NCBI RefSeq assembly: GCF_001194135.2
Contig: NC_068981.1
Coordinates: 136,693,420 to 136,729,985 of the forward strand
Reading direction: 5' to 3'
DNA from: Octopus bimaculoides
Taxonomy: Eukaryota
Length of the DNA stretch: 36,566 nt
Shown here: positions 1 to 10,417 of the stretch, in pieces
Layout of the letters: each line of letters opens with the position of its first letter
How positions within the stretch are numbered: the first letter of the stretch is position 1
Notes under the pieces: generated by a model
The model's input: the letters and a program-made list of their open reading frames with translations, nothing else
The model's database searches: none
Told to the model about the DNA's origin: nothing
Position numbers and translations under genes: made by a program

Positions 1-239
1 GCTGGTGGCACATAAAAGACACCATTTCGAGCGTGGCCGTTTTCGTGCGGGTGACACGTAAAAGCACCCACTACACTCTCTGAGTGGTTGGCGTTAGGAA
101 GGGCATCCATCTGTAGAAACTCTGCCAAATCAGACTGGAGCCTGGTGTTGCCATCCGGTTTCACCAGTCCTCAGTCAAATCGTCCAACCCATGCTAGTAT
201 GGAAGGCGGACGTTAAACGATGATGATGATGATGATGAT
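1..239 (+). mobile_element. 3' end of RTE-clade LINE (3' UTR plus (GAT)n tail), cut by window start
   Basis: Ends ...CCAACCCATGCTAGTATGGAAGGCGGACGTTAAAC(GAT)7; the same 3' end recurs many times; bases 4-58 equal the 3' UTR that follows an RTE-like ORF end at 36261-36362. Confidence 0.8.
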
Positions 240-522
240 TGTGTGGTCTTTTAAAAATTTTCTGAGCTTCAGTTTGTTGTTACCATGTTTTACTTAACAT
301 AATCATAAACAGGTTATATTATTTCATTACCTATCAAATCACATGACCCTGAAAGGGATCTGTGAATGCATTTGGTAAAAAAAAGGTGGGGTTGCAAAGA
401 AAGGAAGCTTAAGAGAGTATATATTAAAACAATGAAAGATTTTGATTTCTTAAACAAGCATAAGATCTTTAACTTGGTGGGGAATAGTAGAGTTGAGTTT
501 TTTTAACCTTGTTACATGAGTA

Positions 523-762
523 GTAGGCTGGTGAATTAGCACTGTGTTAGATAGAGTGCTTGAAGTATTTGCTCTAAATCACTATCCTCATCCGAGTTCA
601 AATTCCACTGTGGCCACTTAGCCTTTCATATTTTGTGGGGTTAATAAAAAAAAAATAGTACCAAAACATCAATCTGAAGTAGAGAATTAGTGGAACTGCT
701 AAAACATCAGATAGAATGCCTTGTAGTATCTATTCCAGTTCCGTGCATTCTGAGTTCAAATC
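523..762 (+). mobile_element. Two adjacent degraded SINE family E fragments
   Basis: B-box-like GAGTTCAAATTCC/GAGTTCAAATCC twice; GCCTTTCAT..GGGGTTAATAAA..AGTACCA body. Confidence 0.45.
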
Positions 763-917
763 CTACCCTATTACCAAAAATCAGAGACATTTCTGTCAGG
801 AGTTGTAATCAACAGTCAAAATCAGCTGTTTACAAAGAACCAATGGAAACAAATTTTCTTTGTTGATCTATCATTGTCACCTTGGAAACTGAAGAAGAAT
901 TTGAGGATAAGCCTTAC

Positions 918-1043
918 AAAGCTAGATCTTAATCTGGGAGAGGGTGCAATGCAGAAAACCTCTTGTATGGGTTTATCAAGATTTGTCAAGAAAATCTTAA
1001 ATGCAATGTAAGGACAGATGTGAGCAATATAAAAGGACTTTTG
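918..1043 (-). CDS. Candidate coding exon, phase 0-0, QKSFYIAHICPYIAFKIFLTNLDKPIQEVFCIAPSPRLRSSF
   Basis: Acceptor TAATTTTCACCTTTCTCCAG, donor GTAAGG, 126 bp, only one frame open, non-repeat sequence. Confidence 0.4.
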
Positions 1044-1170
1044 CTGGAGAAAGGTGAAAATTACTTCATTGTAGACCATGGATTGGGATTAATTAAGAAA
1101 CAAAATTAAATGAGTTACATCATCAATACTATGTAAGAGCAAAATAACAACAATTATTATTATCATTATT

Positions 1171-1400
1171 GAGGTAGCAAGATGGAAGATTCGTTGGCAT
1201 GCCAAGCGAAATGCTCAGTGGTATTTCATCTGCTGCTACGGTCTGAGTTCAAATTCCGCTGAAGTTGACTTTGCCTACCTTTCATCCTTTCAGGGTCGAT
1301 AAACTAAGTACCAGTGAAACACCAGGGTCGATGTAATCAACTATTCCCCTCTCTCCAAATTTCAGGCCTTGTGCCTTTAGCAGAAAGGATTATTATTATC
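1171..1400 (+). mobile_element. SINE family E, near full length
   Basis: B box GAGTTCAAATTCC; body GCCTACCTTTCATCCTTTCAGGGTCGATAAACTAAGTACCAG; AGAAAGG(ATT)n tail; homologous to 13710-13911 and 13922-14139. Confidence 0.8.
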
Positions 1401-1574
1401 ACAATTATCAATTTGTGTTGCAAGATTCCTGATGTGAAATCGTGTGTTGAAACCAAGATTGTTGTATTTCGGTCATTTTTATTTTTTTGGGGGTGGGGCC
1501 AAATAATAATGCATGTGTTTATTTGGTCCCCCAAAAAAACTAAAAAACAAAATGACCACCCCGAAATACAACAA

Positions 1575-1575
<1 letters not shown>

Positions 1576-1625
<50 letters not shown>

Positions 1626-1650
1626 CATCATTGTTATTATCATTATTATT
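1576..1650. repeat. (ATT/ATC)n microsatellite
   Basis: Direct reading. Confidence 0.95.
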
Positions 1651-1850
1651 GTTAGCTTGCTGTGCAAAATACTTAGCTGCGTTTTGTCCATCTTTAGTTT
1701 CTCAGTTCATATTGTGCTGAGGTTGACTTTGCCTTTCATCCTTTCAGGGTCAAATGAAAGAAGTACCAGTTGTGCATGGGAGGGTTGATGCAATCGACTT
1801 ACACCATTTCCTGAAATTGCTGCCCTTGTGCCAAAATTTGAAACTGATAT
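1650..1850 (+). mobile_element. SINE family E, diverged
   Basis: GAGGTTGACTTTGCCTTTCATCCTTTCAGGGTC..AAGTACCAGTTG..CCTTGTGCC. Confidence 0.7.
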
Positions 1851-1855
1851 CATCA

Positions 1856-1887
<32 letters not shown>

Positions 1888-1920
1888 GTTGTTGTTGTTG
1901 TTGTTGTTGTTATTATTATT
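1849..1920. repeat. Compound (ATT)n(GTT)n(ATT)n microsatellite
   Basis: Direct reading. Confidence 0.95.
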
Positions 1921-2496
1921 AAATATTTTAGAAAATATTTAAGAGAAATATTTGAAAACAACTGGATGGAATCAATAAAAGAATAAACATGAGGTGTGTG
2001 TGTGTGTGTGTGTGTGTATTAGCATTTGCTTCCCCAAAGCATCATGGGAGTAATCTATTAACAAAATAATGAGCTGTACTAACAATGACATCCACAGCTC
2101 AACTCCTAATTGAAACATTGATTAAGTTGGATAATAAAAGAAAAAAAAACAAAGATCTGCAATTAATTTTAATCAATAAAAGTTATCTGCAACAGTCTAT
2201 TGTTCATGGAATAAAAAAGATTAACAACAAACTGCTCAGATTATCTCAAAATATTAACTAATTCTAATTAGTTGTATAGTCAAACGAGCTGTTAAGAAAT
2301 CTGTTAAAGTGTTTGTTGTTGAATGTTGTTGCTGTTGTTGCCTTTGTTCACTTACAATAACTCAGACAATTGCTTTTGGGAAGAGTGGAGTTGATAGTAG
2401 ATTAGGAGAAAACAAGGGAAGACTCGGGATGAAATGGTTAGTTATATTAGACCTAGTTGTAACAATGTATTATCGTTATAGCTTTGCAGAGGAGGA

Positions 2497-2533
<37 letters not shown>

Positions 2534-2820
2534 CTTGTTGATAATGATGACGACGACGATGATGATGGTGATGAGGAAACAGAGTCAAACACATGTGAAT
2601 AGACAGTGATGAATACCTATTCCTACCCTTACAATCATGAGGAAAAGGCATATCAGAAAGAATAGCAGCAATAATAATGGCAATGGTGTGAAGGATCACA
2701 ATGAGCAAGAATGCTGATAAAAGCTATGATGATGATGATAATGTCAATGGAAATGACATTGATGAGGATGGTATGATGATGATGATGATGATGTCGACTT
2801 CGATGACGATGATGATGATA
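2497..2820. repeat. (GAT/GAC)n-rich low-complexity tracts
   Basis: GAT runs at about 2497-2575 and 2725-2820. Confidence 0.85.
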
Positions 2821-3039
2821 TTAGTAGTGGCAATGACAATCTTTAAGTTTTGTCTACCAGAGCAACTATCAATTTAACAGTGTTTTGTCACAATGTGGTA
2901 TCCCTGTATGGGTTAATAAATTGGAGCACTTGAGAGTGTAAAGTGCTTTGACCAAAGACAACAATAATGCAGCTCCAGTGGGGGAAACAGAGCCTCTAAT
3001 TAGTTACTTGAACTGCAAGAGGTCACTACTTAATCCGCT

Positions 3040-3135
3040 AATCACAGCTTTCTATCTAAAATAATGAAGGACATTCCAAAAGACAGAATGGTCACAACTG
3101 AAATGCCTTTGATCATAGCTTTGATTAATTAGAAC
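3040..3135 (+). mobile_element. Fragment of retroposon family F
   Basis: AAGACAGAATGGTCACAACTGAAATGCCTTTGATCATAG matches 35725-35760 and the reverse of 5675-5720. Confidence 0.45.
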
Positions 3136-3169
3136 TGTTCTAAGGTTAAACAATGCCCATGGAGGGCAG

Positions 3170-3416
3170 TGATGCTAGTGCCATGTAAAAAGCATTGGTG
3201 ATGATGTCACAGAAAAAGTACTGTTATCGGTGCCATGTAAAAAGCACCCAATACATTCTATAAAGTGATTGGCATTAGGAAGGGCATCCAGCTGTAGAAA
3301 CCAAGCCAAAACAGATAATGAAATGTGGTGAAGACTCAAGCCTTGCCAGCTCCTGTCAAATTGTCCAACCCATGCCAGCATGGAAAACGGACATTAAATG
3401 ATGATGATGATGATGA
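3170..3416 (+). mobile_element. RTE-type LINE 3' end, variant B
   Basis: GTGCCATGTAAAAAGCA twice; GGAAGGGCATCCAGCTGTAGAAAC; CCAACCCATGCCAGCATGGAAAACGGACATTAAAT(GAT)n. Confidence 0.75.
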
Positions 3417-3544
3417 ACAATGTGGTGTCTATGATTGTTTTATACATGGGTACATCATTGGGAAGGGTGAAGGTGATGGTTGAATTATTGGTACTGAGCA
3501 TACTGAATTCTTCAAAAGAATCAAAGACGATGTTGATGTTTGTC

Positions 3545-3661
3545 AACATTGGTTGACCAGAGCTGTATTAAAAGACATTTATCCAAGGTGACATGCAGTG
3601 GGACTGAACCTAAAACCATATGATTACAAAGTGAGCCTCTTAACCACACAGTTATACCTGC
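3545..3661 (-). mobile_element. SINE family A, 5' portion
   Basis: Reverse of A-family head, B box GGTTCAGTCCC. Confidence 0.7.
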
Positions 3662-3705
3662 TTAGATATTTGGTGTGAAATTTGAAGGCTGAAAAGCAGG
3701 TGCCA

Positions 3706-3790
3706 TCATCATCACCATCATCATCATCATCATCATTTAACATCTATTTTCCATGGTGGCATGGGTTGATAGCTTGACAGGAGATGGTAA
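3706..3790 (-). mobile_element. Short RTE-type LINE 3' tail
   Basis: (CAT)n TTTAACATCTATTTTCCATGGTGGCATGGGTTG. Confidence 0.7.
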
Positions 3791-3832
3791 AAACAGGGTG
3801 TCATACCAGTATAGTTAAATCAATACTTGATT

Positions 3833-4092
3833 GATAGTGCCCCCGGACTAGCTCTCATGCTGATGGTACATAAAAAAACCTCTCTGAACATGGTTGGCAC
3901 GTACAATGCACCATCCAAACGTGGTCGATGCCAGTGCCCCCTGACTGGCTCCCATGCCGGCGACATGTAAAAAGCACCCACTACACTCCTGGAGTGGTTG
4001 ATTAGATTAGACGGTGGTGCCAGTTCTCAGTCAAACCGTCCAACCCATGCCAGCATGGAAAATGGATGTTAAATGATGATGATGATGAAGAT
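3833..4092 (+). mobile_element. RTE-type LINE 3' end with internal deletion
   Basis: GCCAGTGCCCCCTGACTGGCTC, AAAAAGCACCCACTACACTC, CTCAGTCAAACCGTCCAACCCATGCCAGCATGG, (GAT)n. Confidence 0.75.
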
Positions 4093-4146
4093 GACCCTGA
4101 ATGGACAAAATGCAAATTTGATCTTGACTGGATTTGAACTTGTGGC

Positions 4147-4721
4147 NNNNNNNNNNNNNNNNNNNNNNNNNNNNNNNNNNNNNNNNNNNNNNNNNNNNNN
4201 NNNNNNNNNNNNNNNNNNNNNNNNNNNNNNNNNNNNNNNNNNNNNNNNNNNNNNNNNNNNNNNNNNNNNNNNNNNNNNNNNNNNNNNNNNNNNNNNNNNN
4301 NNNNNNNNNNNNNNNNNNNNNNNNNNNNNNNNNNNNNNNNNNNNNNNNNNNNNNNNNNNNNNNNNNNNNNNNNNNNNNNNNNNNNNNNNNNNNNNNNNNN
4401 NNNNNNNNNNNNNNNNNNNNNNNNNNNNNNNNNNNNNNNNNNNNNNNNNNNNNNNNNNNNNNNNNNNNNNNNNNNNNNNNNNNNNNNNNNNNNNNNNNNN
4501 NNNNNNNNNNNNNNNNNNNNNNNNNNNNNNNNNNNNNNNNNNNNNNNNNNNNNNNNNNNNNNNNNNNNNNNNNNNNNNNNNNNNNNNNNNNNNNNNNNNN
4601 NNNNNNNNNNNNNNNNNNNNNNNNNNNNNNNNNNNNNNNNNNNNNNNNNNNNNNNNNNNNNNNNNNNNNNNNNNNNNNNNNNNNNNNNNNNNNNNNNNNN
4701 NNNNNNNNNNNNNNNNNNNNN
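4147..4721. other. Assembly gap. Other gaps: 13606-13709, 15767-15776, 19231-19240, 21080-21127, 24586-25452, 26788-27711, 28772-28908, 31278-31857, 32401-33233, 34891-35131
   Basis: Runs of N, mostly bordered by (TA)n, (GT)n or young repeats. Confidence 0.99.
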
Positions 4722-4889
4722 TATATATATGATGGGCTTCTTTCAGCTTCTGTCTACCAAATCCACTCACAAGGCTTTGGTCAGCCTGAGGCTACAATAG
4801 AAGATGCCCAAGGTTCCATGCAATGGGACTGAACCTGGAACCATGTTGTTGGGAAGCAAGCTTCTTACCACACAGCCACGCCTGCACCT
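4722..4889 (-). mobile_element. SINE family A, 5' half, young copy
   Basis: Reverse complement reads GCAGGCGTGGCTGTGTGGTAAGAAGCTTGCTTCC..GGTTCAGTCCC..GCCTTGTGAGTGGATTTGGTAGACAGAAGCTGAAAGAAGCCC, then (TA)n. Confidence 0.85.
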
Positions 4890-5019
4890 ATTTAAAAAGA
4901 AATTTTTTCTTGATCTCTACAATTCGTAATGTTGGGTATTCAGTTTCCATGGCATGTAAAACTTTTAAGTGACCAAGATCACAATATCCCTTTGAAGAGG
5001 CTGTCAATCCATTGCATAG

Positions 5020-5226
5020 TTCAAGTCCAGTAATTTTGAGGGGAGAGGACAAGTCAATTATACCAATCCTCAGTACTTGACAGCTACTTCATATTACCAA
5101 CCCACAAAAGGATGAATGGCAAATTTAACCATGGAGGGATTTGAACTCAGAATGTAACAAACCAGAAGAAATGCTGCTAAGCATTTTGTTTGACATGCTA
5201 ATGATTGTGCTAGCTTACTACTGCCT
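5020..5226 (-). mobile_element. SINE family E, diverged
   Basis: AAAGGATGAATGGCAAA..GGATTTGAACTCAGAATGT..CTAAGCATTTTG. Confidence 0.65.
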
Positions 5227-5534
5227 TTATTCAATGCTGCTGGGAGATGATATATTAAAGTGTTAAAAAACAAAACATCATGACGTGTAAAACTACCAAT
5301 AACCATAAATTTTCTGACAAAAGAAATGTAAAGCTTAAAGAAATTCTAGTTAATACTCATTAACTAACTAACAGCAGATTAAAACTACACTGGAGGATTT
5401 AATACCTTTAAAATTTCTCTTATCTTTTCACTATTTTCAATGTTATGAACAATCATGAATCTGAAAATAAAGATTTTGTTGTGGTAGCTATATATACAAG
5501 ATAGGAGTGTGTGTGTATTGTGTGGTGTGTGTAT

Positions 5535-5598
5535 CATCATCGTCATCGTCATCATCATCATCGTCGTTGTTTAACGTCTGCTTTCAATGCTGGCATGG
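5535..5598 (-). mobile_element. Very short RTE-type LINE 3' tail
   Basis: (CAT/CGT)n GTTTAACGTCTGCTTTCAATGCTGGCATGG. Confidence 0.7.
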
Positions 5599-5634
5599 AT
5601 ATGCTTGCGTGATATGTGGTATATGTATATCTAT

Positions 5635-5830
5635 TATTGTTTAGCACCCCCACCCCCCAGGTCAGCCCAGATGAAGCAAACTTATGATCAAAGATCTTCC
5701 AATCATGACTATCATATCGTTGATTCAGACAAAGCAAGTTCAATACTATATTATCTAGTATGCTCTTCCTTTAAAAGAGTATGAATTGAGGGTCATTTGG
5801 CTGATATTTCTTACAGGCCAAGTGACTAGA
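5635..5830 (-). mobile_element. Retroposon family F, 3' part
   Basis: TTGTTTAGC..CCCAGGTCAGCCC..ACTTATGATCAAAG, also seen at 25940-26010. Confidence 0.5.
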
Positions 5831-6467
5831 TATCTGTGTGCATTTGTGTGTGTGTGTGTGTGTATGTATAAATATAAAAGCTAAAATTGACTGAATTAAC
5901 AGAATGTCAAATTGTTTATCCATGGTTTTTAATCTTGACACCAGCATTAGGTCATCATCCATAGCAAAGACTTGTCCATTCTGCCTTGCTTTGAGTTCAA
6001 ATCCTAGTGAAGGCACATTTTCCTTTCATCCTTTCATTGTCGATTCTGTCTGTTCCTAAGAGTAGTGAACAGGCAGAATTGTTTGGGCATCAAATGAGAT
6101 GTCTTTCAGTATTTGTTCTGGTTACTGGCATCTTGATTTCCTGGGTGGTACATTTCATCCATTGCTTGGTTTAACATCACCAACTGAACTTTAAGATGAG
6201 TGGACTAGGGCAGCATAAAATTATGTCTTTCACCCTAGAACAAACACATCATCAAGTCTGAGAAACAAAATCAGGATCTTATTATCATGCCTGCAACACC
6301 CTCATCACTAAGCCACACATATTCACATTTGATCCAGTACTAAGGACTTTATTTATTGACTGTAGTCCAAGGCACTAGTTTGAAAATAACTTCATTCCTT
6401 TCTAATATCAGTCTCAGAGACCTTTTGAAAAAGAATGATTTATAGGAATTGAAGTAAGGCAATATTT

Positions 6468-6586
6468 CTTGACTTTGCATTTCATCTTTTCGGTGTTGAT
6501 AAATTAAGTACCAGTTGCATACTGGAGACGATCTAATTGACTGGCCCTCTCCCCAAAAATTTCGGGCTTAGAGTAGAAAAGAATAT
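6468..6586 (+). mobile_element. SINE family E, 3' half
   Basis: GATAAATTAAGTACCAGTTGCATACTGG..CCCCAAAAATTTCGGGC..AGAGTAGAAAAGAATATT. Confidence 0.8.
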
Positions 6587-6699
6587 TTTTCAATGGCCAG
6601 ACATGTTTGCTCTGAAGATTGAAGACGAAGAACAATGCTTATATGATGGTGACACTTGTTTACAACTACAACGCAATTTTACAACAGACACCAACTCAC

Positions 6700-7058
6700 A
6701 TGTACACACACACACATGCGTATGCAACTGGTTTCTTTCAGCTCCTATCTATCAAATTCTGTCATAAGGCTTTGGTTGGCCTAGGGAAGACTTTTGCCCA
6801 AGATGTCATGTAGTGGGGCTGCACCCAGAACCATATGGTTGGGAAGCAAGCTTCTTAACCAAATAAGTAGCCATATTTCTTTGTCTTATTATTTGTATTA
6901 CACACACAGCAGCTAAAACATCTAACAAATTCACTCACAAGATATTGATCAACCTAGGCTACTGGAGAAGACACTTACCATGGTGGCTTGTGCTATAGGA
7001 CCAGGCTCAATACCATCATCATCCGTAAATCAAATTTCTTAACTTCATGGCCATACCG
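6700..7058 (-). mobile_element. Two tandem SINE family A 5' halves (about 6700-6863 and 6900-7058)
   Basis: Both match the reverse of the A head and central domain; the second is heavily diverged. Confidence 0.6.
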
Positions 7059-7293
7059 TCTTGCAATTGGCCAGTAATTATTTAATTTTTTCCGGTAAAT
7101 AAACTCCAAGCATAAATCATAAAAGAATGATGTCTAGTGTTTATATCTTTTGTTAAAGTTTCTATTATTATCCAGGCCTCAATACTGTGCAACAAAACTG
7201 TTTTTATCAATGCAAGCTTTGTAAAGTAACAAATTTATCCTACGATTGCTGACTGTACAATTCCCAATGAAGAAAACTTTGTGTGTTGCTAAC

Positions 7294-7382
7294 CATGATA
7301 GTTGGTGTCTTTATCTAGAAGCTTCTCTGCTGTCTGATATGGTACATTCAAAAAGAATCTGTGACAAGTTTTAGTTGAATTC
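7294..7382 (-). CDS. Candidate coding exon, phase 2-1, NSTKTCHRFFLNVPYQTAEKLLDKDTNYH(G)
   Basis: Acceptor TATATGCTTTATCAG, donor GTTAGC, 89 bp open frame, non-repeat sequence. Confidence 0.4.
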
Positions 7383-7618
7383 CTGATAAAGCATATATAA
7401 TCATGAAGTTTATGTCACCTTTGCTCAGTTTGGCTACATCTTAATATATTCACTCACTCACACACGCGCAAATACAACAAAAAAAAAAAAGAAAACTGGA
7501 AAGAGAGAAAAACTAGTTGTACATTATTAAATATGATAGTTAACCCACTTGATAGCAAATTGTCTGCGGCTACTCTAGTTCTGTGATAGAAAATTGGGCA
7601 TTTTGTAGAGGTTCTTAT

Positions 7619-7998
7619 TTAACCCTTTGGTTATCATATTTCTTTTGAAACTTATTCTCTTTGTTTTGGTTACTCTCGGAGTGGTTGGCTTTAGGAAGGG
7701 CATCCAGCTGTAGAAACTCTGCCAGATCAGATTGGAGCCTGGTATAACCATCTGGTTCACCAGTCCTCAGTCAAATGGTCCAACCCATGCTAGCATGGAA
7801 AGCGGATGTTAAACGATGATGATGATGATGATGATGAAGAATTTAGTAAAATTACTTTGCCATTATTAAGTTGGTGTTTGTAATATAAATTAACATGTAA
7901 TGTTGATGAAAAGTTTTAGTTTAAGGTCTCTTTAAAATGAGATGTTTGTATCTTAGGACCAGGGGCAGTCACAGACATGTTGATATCAGAAAGAGTCA
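7619..7998. mobile_element. Degraded TTAA-CCCT (piggyBac-type) MITE interrupted by a LINE fragment
   Basis: Left end TTAACCCTTTGGTTATC; right end degraded GATATCAGAAAGAGTCA. Confidence 0.45.
7671..7836 (+). mobile_element. 5'-truncated RTE-type LINE 3' end
   Basis: Close match to 75-239; ends GGAAAGCGGATGTTAAAC(GAT)7. Confidence 0.85.
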
Positions 7999-8110
7999 GG
8001 TTCTAAACCTTCAGTCATAATTTATGATATAACTTTTTGTTAAACAATGCCTCAGATTCCAACTTAATTGTAGAATGGTTAATTATTTCGCTAATTTCTT
8101 TTATGGACAC

Positions 8111-8199
8111 ATTTTCTACAATGATGCTCTGAAATCCTTCACGGATAAAGTGAACTTTATCATAAACATGGTTATAAAACTGTTCAAGACACTTGATTC
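8111..8199 (-). CDS. Candidate coding exon (G)IKCLEQFYNHVYDKVHFIREGFQSIIVEN; donor position uncertain
   Basis: Acceptor CATTTTTAAG and protein-like open frame; nearest donors (GTAGAA, GTGTCC) are weak. Confidence 0.3.
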
Positions 8200-8360
8200 C
8201 TTAAAAATGTCACACTTTGATTTTTTTTTTTTTTTCCTTATAATAAAACTGGAGAAAGATTTTGAAGAGTAATTAACAGACATTACTGTCAATTCTATGG
8301 TACAAAAGAACCTACAGACCGCCACTTTCAGAGATAGATATAATTACTGTAAACTTACAC

Positions 8361-8381
8361 CTGGTTCTGCGAGCAAGTTTT
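8361..8381 (-). CDS. Candidate 21-nt micro-exon NLLAEP(G)
   Basis: Acceptor TCTTTTAAATATTGCCTCAACAG; donors GTGTAA and, 2 nt further, GTAAGT; the 21-nt form is phase-compatible with 8111-8199. Confidence 0.25.
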
Positions 8382-8584
8382 CTGTTGAGGCAATATTTAA
8401 AAGATAATTTGTTTTAGGTTAATGATAGCATTTAACAGCACCAAGGGAGACAACAACAACATTGACTCCCTGTGTGATCTTGTTGGTAAAACAAGTTTGA
8501 GCCTGATGTTAAGCTGACAGATATACATACATTAAAAATATAACAAAGAAAACAAAACAAATCAAAAGAATAAATAAACAGAGT

Positions 8585-8729
8585 AAGCTGTGGTTAAGGA
8601 GTTTTCTTTGCAGCCATGTGATTGCAGGTTTGATTTCACTGCTCTGCATCATGTCTTCTATGGAAGCCTTAGGTTGAGTTGACACTAATATCTGATGATG
8701 GAAATCAGGAAATAGAAACTATGCAGAAG

Positions 8730-8769
<40 letters not shown>

Positions 8770-8782
8770 AAGAGAGAGTGTG

Positions 8783-8870
<88 letters not shown>

Positions 8871-8875
8871 CGTGC
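8585..8875 (+). mobile_element. Degraded SINE family A head followed by (GA)n(GT)n microsatellite
   Basis: GCTGTGGTTAAGGAG..GGTTTGATTTCACTG..TGTCTTCTA; microsatellite at about 8737-8875. Confidence 0.55.
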
Positions 8876-8924
8876 ATGCATGTTTTTTTGTCATGACATC
8901 ATACACTAATTTCAAACCAGAAAA

Positions 8925-9125
8925 CATGTCTGGCCATTGAGCTGTTCATGTTCAAAGGATGATGGGGAAAATATTGCCTTGTTTGGAAACAGGTGAGACT
9001 TGGCAAGAGAGAAGCATCCAGCTGTAGAAACTCTGCCTCAACAAATTTTGTCTAACCCATGCAAGCATGGTAAAACGAACATTAAAATACTACTACTGCT
9101 GCTGGGGGTGGTGATGATGATGATA
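8925..9125 (+). mobile_element. RTE-type LINE 3' end, variant C
   Basis: GCATCCAGCTGTAGAAACTCTGCC..TCTAACCCATGCAAGCATGG..ACATTAAA, with a degenerate trinucleotide tail. Confidence 0.6.
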
Positions 9126-9703
9126 TTTACTGTGATAGACAGCACAAGTATGGCGAGCAGGTTAAAGAGATTTTGATTTAGACAGATTCTTGAATTACCT
9201 TCTTTACTAACGTGATATGTCTGACACTAAATTAGATGCTTAGAAAAACGATAAATAATAAATAGAAAGAAAGAAAACTGATATCAATGACTTTGCAAAG
9301 ATCTATTGATCTGGAAAATCAGATCCAATACAATTACATAATAGAGTAGATATGGTAAGAAATGATATTCCAAAAACATATAAACCTACATCATACAGGT
9401 CACAAAACAAGTCTGTGACAGACCAGATATTAAGAAACGACTGTATTGATCTGGAATTCTAAGAACATAGACTGTAGAATTCCTCTCAGAACCAATAAAA
9501 TAAACAGCAATGATATGTGATCAAAACTGGAATAATTCGAAATGAAAAGAGAAAACAGAAAAAATTCTGGGGTTATTTTTTTTTTTCAAGGAATTATGTT
9601 CAGATAAAATATGAAGAATACTGATTTATTTTCACTATGTACATGTGATTTTAGCAAGAGATCAGGATATAGTCCTGTGAATTAATCTCAGTATATTACT
9701 GGT

Positions 9704-9780
9704 AAATGGACTTTCTATATGAGCATTCTATCAACTATAAAAATGGACTTTCTATATGAGCATTCTATCAACTATAAAAA
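9704..9780. repeat. Perfect 37-bp tandem duplication
   Basis: AAATGGACTTTCTATATGAGCATTCTATCAACTATAA x2. Confidence 0.95.
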
Positions 9781-10417
9781 GCAACCAAATCTCGCTGATG
9801 TTACATCATACTGTCATAATCTTTTCCATATTAATCTGAGACAACTCGTTTTATGGTAAAAAGCTGTTTCTCTTAAAGTGTTTATATTTCAACTCAAATC
9901 TCTAATAATCATATAGTATAATTTACTTACATTTCAAACAGTAGCAGCTCAATATTGGAAAGCTAATTATTTTATTGAATCCCTTAAAATTCTTGATTAT
10001 GCTTCAAAAGTAATTAAAATATTTCATTAATAATATAATTGCCAAAACATTAAAAATTAGAACATTTTGAATAATGTAATTTTAAGATACATTATCTATA
10101 CAAAAAAAAAGACAAGATAATTCTGGTTGGAATGTTACTGATCAAAGGTCTACAGGGTCATGGCTGACCTAGATCTAAGCAACAAGTGGTATTGATTATA
10201 TTAACTTTAGATAGATAAATGGCAAAACCTACTCTGGAAAGACTTCAACTCAAAGCAGAGCAGAACAAAAGTACATCTATCCTTGTTTACCATGAGTGTT
10301 TAGTTGAAAAAAAAGAAAAAGCAAAATGATACAGTGATAATTCCCATGCACTTTATAAATGGAAAGAATAATAGATTCATTGATACCAAATTTGTGACAC
10401 ACAGCAACAAAGCTTCT

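Noticed and set aside
2354-2370. 17-nt minus-strand micro-exon candidate with a GTAAGT donor
   Set aside because: The phase needed to join neighbouring candidates contains a stop; no other support
1314-2708. ORFs with poly-I, poly-Y, poly-L, poly-M, poly-D or poly-S tracts
   Set aside because: They are translations of (ATT)n, (GTT)n and (GAT)n microsatellites and SINE E bodies
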